From: Nemertoderma westbladi
Lineage: Eukaryota > Animalia > Xenacoelomorpha
Direction: 5' to 3'
Assembly (NCBI GenBank): GCA_032718475.1
Contig: JAUCBJ010002119.1
Coordinates: 1 to 47,498 of the forward strand
DNA length: 47,498 nucleotides
Shown: one piece after another, positions 10,457-22,047 of the stretch
Layout: the number at the start of each line of letters is the position of its first letter
How positions within the stretch are numbered: the stretch's first letter is position 1
Position numbers and translations under genes: made by a program
The notes under the pieces: generated by a model
Told to the model about the DNA's origin: nothing
What the model saw: the letters and a program-made list of their open reading frames with translations, nothing else
Databases searched by the model: none

Positions 10457-11528
10457 TGTGACGGGATCCGAGTTGGCGAAGAGGATCCCGACCAGGTGTT
10501 TGTGTCGTGTGATAATATATACGCGTCGCCGCGTCCGCCCAGTGATTCAAGAGATTGAAAGGCCGTAGGCCGGTATAACAAAGATTGAGTTTGTTTGTCG
10601 TTATTAATAATGTCTGACATATAAAGTACCGGTATAATACAGCACAATGATGGCAGTAACGACGACGGTTTAAACCGTTTGACTTCTACACTGACTAATA
10701 GCCAACTGAATATAATTAACATCGAGTAACGGTTATATACATGTTACTTAGAAGGTTACACCTCTACCTATACTTGACCTAACAATAGATGCGCACTAAT
10801 TGATGGCGTGCTGCCCCACCATTGGTAGGTTTACCCTTTGGCCACTCCCTATCTCCTCTGGCCCTATGCTGGCTTCCTCCTGAGATATATTGCTATCTAT
10901 CTCCAACTGGCACTATATTGCCCTGTTCCCTTCTGGTATGCAATATTATGTTGGATAATATTGCATACTTAATCGTAATTAGTAAATCACGATTCCCTAT
11001 TTTCTCACTGGGAGGTGTACAGCGGATTGGATTCGCTAACACTCCCCCCCCCCATGCTATCTAATATTGGATGTGGGGTGGAATACTCTTTTCTGGGGCC
11101 AATTTTCCAGACTGGCCCCTCTGGGTCTGGTCTCACTACCCAGTACCCACTCTTGGTACATCTGCGAGCTAAGTTGTACCAAGGCAACTGGCGTCTCTGT
11201 TTTAGACGATTGCCCTCCTTCCTCACTCAATTTTACTTGGATACTATTATCCAATCTCCTCTCTTCCTTTTCACCTCGTTAGTCCCATAGGACTCATCCT
11301 CCACTCAGCTCGCTCCCCACATTTTGAATTTCCCGCTCTATCCCTTTTTTATGACCTTCATTACTCGCCACACTTCTTACTCTACCCTTTCCTATTCTCA
11401 CTCTCCTACTCCTGTCAGTCCTCACAATCTCACACATGTGCACACATATGATAAGTGAGTCCTTTGTCTCGTCCTCCTGTTTCAGTCAATTAGTCCCCAG
11501 TCCCAGTAGCTAATTGGAAAAGGTTACA
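10457..11528 (-). mobile_element. LTR-like module, copy 1 (~1.07 kb)
   Basis: On the minus strand it runs TGTAACCTTTTCC...GGATCCCGTCACA. Conserved blocks are collinear with 13495-14526 and 43556-44760. It has a CCAAT box and TATAA (10737) 30 nt upstream of a TCAGTT initiator. Confidence 0.65.
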
Positions 11529-11758
11529 TCTGACTGTATCTGATTTATAACGGCCACTGTCTTTTTACAAAACAACTGCAGACAAAATTGAACATAAAAA
11601 ACTTTATTCTGAATCGAACATGAGACTTTCAAGTACAAATCGTATGTTGTATTTCTTCGAAACTTATTCGAAGAATTTATTTACATCGTTGAAATTGTCG
11701 GTCCGTATAATTAAACTGTTCAATTGAAACTTATGCAGGATGTCAATATCAAGGTAAC

Positions 11759-12010
11759 ATGAGTGATGAACCGCGGGATAGACTTATGGACATTGATACC
11801 ATAACCTCGTATATATACGACAAAGTAGCCGGCTTTCCAGCAAAAGTCTTCCAAGCCTTTATTATAGAACTGGACGAGTTTAGCCAAGATTACCGAACGA
11901 TGGGAGAAGATGATGAAGTCTTCAGAATTATACAGGAAAAGAAGAAAACAATGATTCTTGAACTCTTAGAAATATCGGATGTAATCACTGGAGACACAAC
12001 CGATTGTTGA
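11759..12010 (+). CDS. Possible small acidic protein (83 aa), unknown
   Basis: ATG in AACATGAG context; helical, acidic, protein-like composition within AT-rich flanks. No motif recognised. Confidence 0.25.
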   Translation: MSDEPRDRLMDIDTITSYIYDKVAGFPAKVFQAFIIELDEFSQDYRTMGEDDEVFRIIQEKKKTMILELLEISDVITGDTTDC

Positions 12011-12840
12011 GTTAACTGGCTACAGAAGGAAATCTTATATTAATCAAGAAAATGAATATATTATTTTATATTTTTTATATTTTTGGCTGAATATGATTAT
12101 TTCGTAATATCGATACTTACAATGGGTTAGAATTGTTAATCTTTGCAGTCGACATTAATGTCAGGCAGGAGATATTTGCCGATTTTTCACCATACTACAT
12201 TACCTTAATAAAAAAAACAGTTTTTTTATGTAAAAAATGTTTTACCGGTAATAATTTTGACACTTAAATATGATTGTCAGCAATAATCCAACTAAATATG
12301 ATATGATATGTCTAGCACATATCATAGATAGCAATAGATAAAGTAGGCCTAAATTAATCATTATTATAAAGCTGTTGGGTAAGACTCATACTTGTTAACG
12401 TATTTAATTAGCCTATTGATTTTATTGATATTGTGGAATTCAACGCCTAGTTGTACAGCAAAGCACAAAGCGACAAGCCCTGGCAACCTCGTAAAGAGAG
12501 AATATGTCCCATTCGCAACCGACTACGGGCGGGGTGGCGGCCGACAGTCAAGCATTGCTTCTGACCGTCGGCAAGGTTCATCCGGATCTATGCACACCAC
12601 CATGCAGAAGAAACGGGAAGTTAAGTCGCAAAGATAGCACCTCCCGCTAACGGGATAGTACTTATGTCATATCTGAACCAATCTCAACCCAATCTGGACC
12701 CAATCTTGAGAATTATACCAAATCTGAACCCAATCTGAAATCTGTTAAAATTATTAACTTTTGCATTAACAATTTTGAAATTTGAAGAAATTTTACATAT
12801 ATTTTTTCATATTTAAATTTGCGGGTAGCTGCAGCACTAC

Positions 12841-13362
12841 TCAACCATTCCAAGCAAAAGTAAAACCTTTTGGTGAAAAATGAAAGTACTTATTGGGGGA
12901 TGAGGTGGATTGGATGGAAGGGACACCGATACAGTCTACATCGGGGCTGCAGGGAATGGCGATGCCTGCGGGGTCTGAGGGCGACTCCAGGAGGAAGAGA
13001 CCGATGACAATGGAAGGGTGGCAGGCCACGGGCGAATACCAGACCGGAAAGGGACATTGTGGATCAATTGAGATCCCGGGTCTCAACCCGCTCGTGGCGG
13101 AGGAAGTAGAGGAGGACGAGTTCGGGGTGATGTTGCAGATAGAGAGACTCGGCCGGTCGGACACGGACTGGGTGGACGGGAGAGTGGTGACAGCCAGCAG
13201 GGCGAGAGCCTTCTGGGACGCACCTGGCAATCGAGCCTGGTAGCGTGGGGAGCCATCAACGGACCTCCCAGCGAACACGATCCGACTGGGCGAGCAACCG
13301 GGGACGGCACCATGAGTAGTGTTTGCGGAAACCATGCCGAGGGAGGAGGAGGACGTCGACAT
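12841..13362 (-). CDS. Hypothetical Ser/Pro-rich ORF (173 aa), antisense to the adjacent LTR-like module
   Basis: ATG-started ORF spanning a GC-rich island between AT-rich flanks. No recognisable domain. Confidence 0.2.
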   Translation of the reverse strand: MSTSSSSLGMVSANTTHGAVPGCSPSRIVFAGRSVDGSPRYQARLPGASQKALALLAVTTLPSTQSVSDRPSLSICNITPNSSSSTSSATSGLRPGISIDPQCPFPVWYSPVACHPSIVIGLFLLESPSDPAGIAIPCSPDVDCIGVPSIQSTSSPNKYFHFSPKGFTFAWNG

Positions 13363-13494
13363 GGGTAGTTCCTAAGTTAATAAAGAATAAGTGACTAAGA
13401 ATAATTTCTAAGTGCAATTAATACAAGTGTAATTAGTGTGTACGTAGGTGATCAATCAAGGCTAGAAAAATATAATATACGTACTATAGTCAGA

Positions 13495-14526
13495 TATAAC
13501 CTTTTCCAATTAGCTACTGGGACTGGGGACTAGTGGACTGCAACAGGAGGGTGGGACAATGACGGATCTTACTGACATGCTGTACACATGCGTGAGGCCC
13601 GATAAGAGTGTGTGGAGAGTGACAACGGGTTGAGTATGAGGGAAGCGTAGGGGGAAAAGTGCTAGTGCAAGTGGAAAAGTAGAAAGTGTGAGATCCAAGC
13701 GTGGGGAGCGAGCATAGAGGGGGATAAGTCCTATCTCGCAGATGTACCAAGGATGGGTAGTGAAAACAGACCCAGGGGGGCCAGCCTGGAAAGCTGACCC
13801 CAAGAAGAAATTCAACCCCACATCCAATACTAGATTGGATTCCAGCGGAATTGAAGCGCACTTAAGTTTGATGCTATCTTCTCTTTGGGAAGATAGCATG
13901 GGGGGAGTGTAAGCAGATTGAATTCCCTGCACTACCCAGCGGAAAATAGGGAAAGTGGCTTTTTACCACTTATAGTTGGGAAGGTGACATTAGTAATATA
14001 ATGTCACCTAATAACCAACATAGCCAATACGCATTGCCAGCCACAAGTAAAGATGAGAGGCCATAAGCCATCTCAGGGGGATAGCGGGGCTAGCACGTGG
14101 GGATAATGGCAGCAGGGAGTGCCGAAGGAGAGATTATAGGTTGGCCAATGGTGGGACAGGATACCACCTGATTGGAGTGCATCCATTGGACAGGCCACGT
14201 AGAGCAGTAGGAATATTCAATATGTGTTGATGATATAACCGTTGCATTTATTGCTTATAATTCAGTTGGTATATGTAGCATTGTGGGACTGGAATGGTTT
14301 TTAACCATCGTCATTTCCGTGGTGTTATTATATTCTGATTGAGCTATTATTATATTCTGACATTACGAACAACTACCATAAAACTCCATTGGTTTTTATT
14401 CAACCGGCCTTCGGCCTTACAGACTCAGATACAAAGCCTTTCAGCAACCCACGGACGCGGCGACGCGTATAACCCAAACAACACACTGGTCGGGATCCAG
14501 ACTGCCAACTCAAGGATCCCGTCACA
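13495..14526 (+). mobile_element. LTR-like module, copy 2 (~1.03 kb)
   Basis: Runs TATAACCTTTTCC...GGATCCCGTCACA, with the same block order as copy 1 in the opposite orientation. Confidence 0.65.
14145..14267 (+). promoter_or_regulatory. Putative Pol II promoter in LTR-like copy 2 (CCAAT, TATA, Inr)
   Basis: CCAAT at ~14145, TATAA at 14234 and TCAGTT at 14262-14267 (A at 14264, 30 nt after TATAA). The same spacing is kept in copy 1. Confidence 0.55.
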
Positions 14527-14623
14527 CAGCCCATTAATGAAGGTCCCAGTGATGTTGCAATAATGGTTCCGGAGTTATGGTCGTTTCTGATTGGGCGAAT
14601 TTAAAATCATAATAGAAAACGCC

Positions 14624-17600
14624 GGAATGAGGTTGGACAAACACGCTACGGTTGGAACGAGGTTGGACAAACCCGCTACGGTTGGAACGAGGTTGGACGA
14701 ACATGCTACGGTTGGAACGAGGTTGGACGAACCCGCTACGGTTGGAACGAGGTTGGACGAACCCGCTACGGTTGGAACGAGGTTGGACGAACACGCTACG
14801 GTTGGAACGAGGTTGGACGAACACGCTACGGTTGGAACGAGGTTGGACGAACACGCTACGGTTGGAACGAGGTTGGACGAACACGCTACAGTTGGAACGA
14901 GGTTGGACGAACACGCTACGGTTGGAACGAGGTTGAACGAACACGCTACGGTTGGAACGAGGTTGGACGAACACGCTACGGTTGGAACGAGGTTGGACGA
15001 ACACGCTACGGTTGGAACGAGGTTGGACGAACACGCTACGGTTGGAACGAGGTTGGACGAACATGCTACGGTTGGAACGAGGTTGGACGAACACGCTACG
15101 GTTGGAACGAGGTTGGACGAACACGCTACGGTTGGAACGAGGTTAGACGAACACACTACGGTTGGAACGAGGTTGGACGAACACGCTATGGTTGGAACGA
15201 GGTTGGACGAACACGCTACGGTTGGAACGAGGTTAGACGAACACACTACGGTTGGAACGAGGTTGGACGAACACGCTACGGTTGGAACGAGGTTGGACGA
15301 ACACGCTACGGTTGGAACGAGGTTGGACGAACACGCTACGGTTGGAACGAGGTTGGACGAACACGCTACGGTTGGAACGAGGTTGGACGAACACGCTACG
15401 GTTGGAACGAGGTTAGACGAACACACTACGGTTGGAACGAGGTTGGACGAACACGCTACGGTTGGAACGAGGTTGGACGAACATGCTACGGTTGGAACGA
15501 GGTTGGACGAACACGCTACGGTTGGAACGAGGTTGGACGAACACGCTACGGTTGGAACGAGGTTGGACGTACACGCTACGGTTGGAACGAGGTTGGACGA
15601 ACACGCTACGGTTGGAACGAGGTTGGACGAACATGCTACGATTGGAACGAGGTTGGACAAACCCGCTACGGTTGGAACGAGGTTGGACGAACACGCTACG
15701 GTTGGAACGAGGTTGGACGAACCCGCTACGGTTGGAACGAGGTTGGACGAACACGCTACGGTTGGAACGAGGTTGGACGAACACGCTACGGTTGGAACGA
15801 GGTTGGACGAACACGCTACGGTTGGAACGAGGTTGGACGAACACGCTACATTTGGAACGAGGTTGGACGAACACGCTACGGTTGGAACGAGGTTGGACGA
15901 ACACGCTACGGTTGGAACGAGGTTGGACGAACACGCTACAGTTGGAACGAGGTTGGACGAACACGCTACGGTTGGAACGAGGTTGGACGAACACGCTACG
16001 GTTGGAACGAGGTTGGACGAACACGCTACGGTTGGAACGAGGTTGGACGAACACGCTACGGTTGGAACGAGGTTGGACGAACACGCTACGGTTGGAACGA
16101 GGTTGGACGAACACGCTACGGTTGGAACGAGGTTGGACGAACACGCTACGATTGGAACGAGGTTGGACGAACACGCTATGGTTGGAACGAGGTTGGACGA
16201 ACACGCTACGGTTGGAACGAGGTTGGACGAACACACTACGGTTGGAACGAGGTTGGACGAACACGCTACGGTTGGAACGAGGTTGGACGAACACGCTACG
16301 GTTGGAACGAGGTTGGACGAACCCGCTACGGTTGGAACGAGGTTGGACGAACCCGCTACGGTTGGAACGAGGTTGGACGAACCCGCTATGGTTGGAACGA
16401 GGTTGGACGAACACGCTATGGTTGGAACGAGGTTGGACGAACATGCTACGGTTGGAACGAGGTTGGACGAACACGCTACGGTTGGAACGAGGTTGGACGA
16501 ACACGCTACGATTGGAACGAGGTTGGACAAACCCGCTACGGTTGGAACGAGGTTGGACGAACATGCTACGGTTGGAACGAGGTTGGACGAACCCGCTACG
16601 GTTGGAACGAGGTTGGACGAACATGCTACGGTTGGAACGAGGTTGGACGAACACGCTACGATTGGAACGAGGTTGGACAAACCCGCTACGGTTGGAACGA
16701 GGTTGGACGAACATGCTACGGTTGGAACGAGGTTAGACGAACACGCTACGGTTGGAACGAGGTTGGACGAACATGCTACGGTTGGAACGAGGTTGGACGA
16801 ACACGCTACGGTTGGAACGAGGTTGGACGAACACGCTACGGTTGGAACGAGGTTGGACGAACATGCTACGGTTGGAACGAGGTTGGACGAACCCGCTACG
16901 GTTGGAACGAGGTTAGACGAACCCGCTACGGTTGGAACGAGGTTAGACGAACACGCTACGGTTGGAACAAGGTTGGACGAACATGCTACGGTTGGAACGA
17001 GGTTGGACGAACACGCTACGGTTGGAACGAGGTTGGACGAACACGCTACGGTTGGAACGAGGTTGGACGAACATGCTACGGTTGGAACGAAGTTGGACGA
17101 ACCCGCTATGGTTGGAACGAGGTTGGACGAACCCGCTACGGTTGGAACGAGGTTGGACGAACACGCTACGGTTGGAACGAGGTTGGACGAACACGCTACG
17201 GTTGGAACGAGGTTGGACGAACACGCTACGATTGGAACGAGGTTGGACGAACCCGCTACGGTTGGAACGAGGTTGGACGAACCCGCTACGGTTGGAACGA
17301 GGTTGGACGAACACGCTACGGTTGGAACGAGGTTGAACGAACCCGCTACGGTTGGAACGAGGTTGGACGAACACGCTACGGTTGGAACGAGGTTGGACGA
17401 ACCCGCTACGGTTGGAACGAGGTTGAACGAACACGCTACGGTTGGAACGAGGTTGGACGAACACGCTACGGTTGGAACGAGGTTGGACGAACACGCTACG
17501 GTTGGAACGAGGTTGGACGAACACGCTACGGTTGGAACGAGGTTGGACGAACCCGCTACGGTTGGAACGAGGTTGGACGAACACGCTACGGTTGGAACGA

Positions 17601-20248
17601 GGTTGAACGAACACGCTACGGTTGGAACGAGGTTGGACGAACACGCTACGGTTGGAACGAGGTTGGACGAACACGCTACGGTTGGAACGAGGTTGGACGA
17701 ACACGCTACGGTTGGAACGAGGTTGGACGAACACGCTACGGTTGGAACGAGGTTGGACGAACACGCTACGGTTGGAACGAGGTTGGACGAACACGCTACG
17801 GTTGGAACGAGGTTGGACGAACACGCTACGGTTGGAACGAGGTTGGACGAACACGCTACGGTTGGAACGAGGTTGGACGAACACGCTACGGTTGGAACGA
17901 GGTTGGACGAACACGCTACGGTTGGAACGAGGTTGGACGAACACGCTACGGTTGGAACGAGGTTGGACGAACACGCTACGGTTGGAACGAGGTTGGACGA
18001 ACACGCTACGGTTGGAACGAGGTTGGACGAACACGCTACGGTTGGAACGAGGTTGGACGAACACGCTACGGTTGGAACGAGGTTGGACGAACACGCTACG
18101 GTTGGAACGAGGTTGGACGAACACGCTACGGTTGGAACGAGGTTGGACGAACACGCTACGGTTGGAACGAGGTTGGACGAACACGCTACGGTTGGAACGA
18201 GGTTAGACGAACACGCTACGGTTGGAACGAGGTTGGACGAACACGCTACGGTTGGAACGAGGTTGGACGAACACGCTACTGTTGGAACGAGGTTAGACGA
18301 ACACGCTACGGTTGGAACGAGGTTGGACGAACACGCTACGGTTGGAACGAGGTTGGACGAACACGCTACGGTTGGAACGAGGTTAGACGAACACGCTACG
18401 GTTGGAACGAGGTTAGACGAACACGCTACGGTTGGAACGAGGTTGGACGAACACGCTACGGTTGGAACGAGGTTGGACGAACACGCTACTGTTGGAACGA
18501 GGTTGGACGAACACGCTACGGTTGGAACGAGGTTAGACGAACACGCTACTGTTGGAACGAGGTTGGACGAACACGCTACGGTTGGAACGAGGTTAGACGA
18601 ACACGCTACGGTTGGAACGAGGTTGGACGAACACGCTACGGTTGGAACGAGGTTGGACGAACACGCTACTGTTGGAACGAGGTTAGACGAACACGCTACG
18701 GTTGGAACGAGGTTGGACGAACACGCTACGGTTGGAACGAGGTTGGACGAACATGCTACGGTTGGAACGAGGTTAGACGAACACGCTACTGTTGGAACGA
18801 GGTTGGACGAACACGCTACGGTTGGAACGAGGTTAGACGAACACGCTACGGTTGGAACGAGGTTGGACGAACACGCTACGGTTGGAACGAGGTTGGACGA
18901 ACACGCTACTGTTGGAACGAGGTTAGACGAACACGCTACGGTTGGAACGAGGTTGGACGAACACGCTACGGTTGGAACGAGGTTGGACGAACACGCTACG
19001 GTTGGAACGAGGTTAGACGAACACGCTACTGTTGGAACGAGGTTGGACGAACACGCTACGGTTGGAACGAGGTTAGACGAACACGCTACGGTTGGAACGA
19101 GGTTGGACGAACACGCTACGGTTGGAACGAGGTTAGACGAACACGCTACGGTTGGAACGAGGTTGGACGAACACGCTACGGTTGGAACGAGGTTGGACGA
19201 ACACGCTACTGTTGGAACGAGGTTGGACGAACACGCTACGGTTGGAACGAGGTTGGACGAACACGCTACGGTTGGAACGAGGTTGGACGAACACGCTACG
19301 GTTGGAACGAGGTTGGACGAACACGCTACGGTTGGAACGAGGTTGGACGAACACGCTACGGTTGGAACGAGGTTGGACGAACACGCTACGGTTGGAACGA
19401 GGTTAGACGAACACGCTACGGTTGGAACGAGGTTGGACGAACACGCTACGGTTGGAACGAGGTTAGACGAACACGCTACGGTTGGAACGAGGTTGGACGA
19501 ACACGCTACGGTTGGAACGAGGTTGGACGAACACGCTACTGTTGGAACGAGGTTGGACGAACACGCTACGGTTGGAACGAGGTTAGACGAACACGCTACG
19601 GTTGGAACGAGGTTGGACGAACACGCTACGGTTGGAACGAGGTTGGACGAACACGCTACGGTTGGAACGAGGTTAGACGAACCCGCTACGGTTGGAACGA
19701 GGTTGGACGAACACGCTACGGTTGGAACGAGGTTGGACGAACACGCTACGGTTGGAACGAGGTTGGACGAACATGCTACGGTTGGAACGAGGTTGGACGA
19801 ACACGCTACGGTTGGAACGAGGTTGGACGAACACGCTACGGTTGGAACGAGGTTGGACGAACACGCTACGGTTGGAACGAGGTTGGACGAACACGCTACG
19901 GTTGGAACGAGGTTGGACGAACACGCTACGGTTGGAACGAGGTTGGACGAACACGCTACGGTTGGAACGAGGTTGGATGAACACGCTACGGTTGGAACGA
20001 GGTTGGACGAACACGCTACGGTTGGAACGAGGTTGGACGAACACGCTACTGTTGGAACGAGGTTGGACGAACACGCTACGGTTGGAACGAGGTTAGACGA
20101 ACACACTACGGTTGGAACGAGGTTGGACGAACACGCTACGGTTGGAACGAGGTTGGACGAACACGCTACGGTTGGAACGAGGTTGGACGAACACGCTACG
20201 GTTGGAACGAGGTTGGACGAACACGCTACGGTTGGAACGAGGTTGGAA
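14624..20248 (+). repeat. 30-bp satellite, ~187 copies, no indels
   Basis: Consensus GGTTGGAACGAGGTTGGACGAACACGCTAC stays in register with the 60-nt lines for the whole array. Confidence 0.98.
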
Positions 20249-20690
20249 AAATTATATATTGTCATGATTATTTTTTAATTTAACGAAACGAAATTAATAA
20301 AATTTAACCAATCGAAAAACACTTATTTTTGCGTTTTTTTATTTCGTTATTTTCATGTATTTTTATTTGGTTTCGTTTAACATCTACTTCCAAATGAATT
20401 ACAATAGTAAAATAATATCTAATTAGTTCAATAGATTGCAGCTGTTTTTTTTATTAGTTTTTTTTTTCTTCTTCTTTATTATTGAATTCAAATAGAGAGA
20501 ATCTAAAATTTCAACTTATTTCGAGATGCAGTACCGGTACTTGTTTTAGGGTATAGTAAAACTTAGACTGAGATTTACTATTGATATTGCGACTATCAGC
20601 CCTGCGGATATATGTAATTGGTTTTTTTTAATTGTTTTCGAAGAATTTTGGGTAATTTATTATTACCGGTATATAATTATTCATTTAATT

Positions 20691-20877
20691 TTGTGTATAA
20701 ACGCTATGCCGACAAACACTGCCAATAACGGGAACTATGAAAATGTAACCTGAGTTCGTGACTCTTGTTTATTGTTTTGGTTAGAATAACCTTCCACTGT
20801 AACCCGATCTTTTCTCTCAATTGATATTTAACATTAATTAGTTTTAACAATGGTTGTCGGCGTAGCGTTTACACCCT
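20691..20877. mobile_element. Small MITE with ~25-bp imperfect TIRs (possibly Kolobok-type)
   Basis: TAAACGCTATGCCGACAAACA (~20698) is inverted to TGGTTGTCGGCGTAGCGTTTA (~20851). The right end reads CCCT|TTAA. A ~65-bp internal segment recurs at ~21005-21070. Confidence 0.5.
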
Positions 20878-21179
20878 TTAATTTTGCAGTTGTGCATAGT
20901 ACAACAGGGCGATTTCCATTCATTTTATTTTTTTGTTGTAAAACAGTTTTAATTAATGCAAAGTAGCAAATGCCACGCTGTTATCCAACAACCACAGCTG
21001 AATATGAAACTGAAACCTGTGCTTATGACCCTCGTTTATTGTTTTGGTTAAAATGACCTCCCGCTGTAACCTTTTCCCAGTTACCAATTTCAGTTTCCAA
21101 TCACTAGTTACCAATTCAGTTTCCGGCTACCAATTTCAGTCCCCAGTTACCCAACCCCAACCTCTATGCGCCTGTAGAT

Positions 21180-21853
21180 TTATACGAATCGACATTAGCT
21201 TACCTGTGGTGTACCGCAAGGTAGTATATTAGGTCCTTTGCTTTTTGTATGCTATGTAAATGATATGATAAGTAGTATAGATTCCGATTTTAAACTCATT
21301 TTATATGCCGACGACAGTGCTCTTATTTTCTCTCATAAAGATCCTATCCATATTTCCCAAAAGTTAAGTGCAGTTCTAGAATCCCATAATGAGTGGTTGG
21401 TTGATAATAAGCTAGCCATTCACTACAGTAAGACTGAAAGTATTTTGTTTGGTTCCAAAAGAAAGTTAGAGAAGGTAACTAAGTTTGAAGTCGCTAGTAA
21501 TGGACATAAGATTGAAAATAAAACGGAAGTTAAATATTTAGGCCCCACATTGGATAACTGCTTATCAGGAGAAAGCATAGTGAAAAATATTTTCTCGAAA
21601 GTTAACAGTAGGCTTAGGTTTCTATACAGAAATAAAAATAGTTTGAACACCGACTCCCGCAAGTTACTTTGCTCTTCTTTAATACAGTGTCACATGGACT
21701 ATGCGTGCTCTTCTTGGTATGAAGGCTTAACCAAACAGCTTAAATGTAAATTACAAGTAGCTCAGAATAAAGTAGTACGATTTATTAAAGACTACAAACC
21801 TAGGCACCTAGGCATGACTTTTCTGAATCCTGGACTACTTAACTTAGATAGTA
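21180..21853 (+). mobile_element. Older 5'-truncated CR1/L2-group LINE, left half
   Basis: CGVPQGSILGPLLF, YADD and KYLG motifs. The frame is interrupted at ...LLNLDS by the nested LINE. Confidence 0.88.
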
Positions 21854-22047
21854 CTTAACATAGTGCTCTATATACTAATACCGAGATCATACGTATGCTT
21901 TACGGACCGAACTTTTAAATTATAATTATTATTATAATTATTATATTAAATTTATATTATAAATTTTATTGCTATATTGGAACTTTGTATGCTTAAAACG
22001 ATATTCCGGAACTACTGGAACGGCAACTGATAATCTACGAGATAAAC

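Noticed and set aside
13855-13900. Hairpin followed by TAAGTGCG (minus strand), resembling a MOBQ oriT or HUH nick site
   Set aside because: Only an 8-nt match, no HUH/Rep ORF nearby, and the G-U pairs favour folding of the opposite strand.
10457-14526. Copies 1 and 2 as the terminal inverted repeats of one 4-kb DNA transposon
   Set aside because: The two arms are much too diverged, the flanks (AGTGAT and CAGCCC) show no target duplication, and a third copy occurs alone at 43.5 kb.
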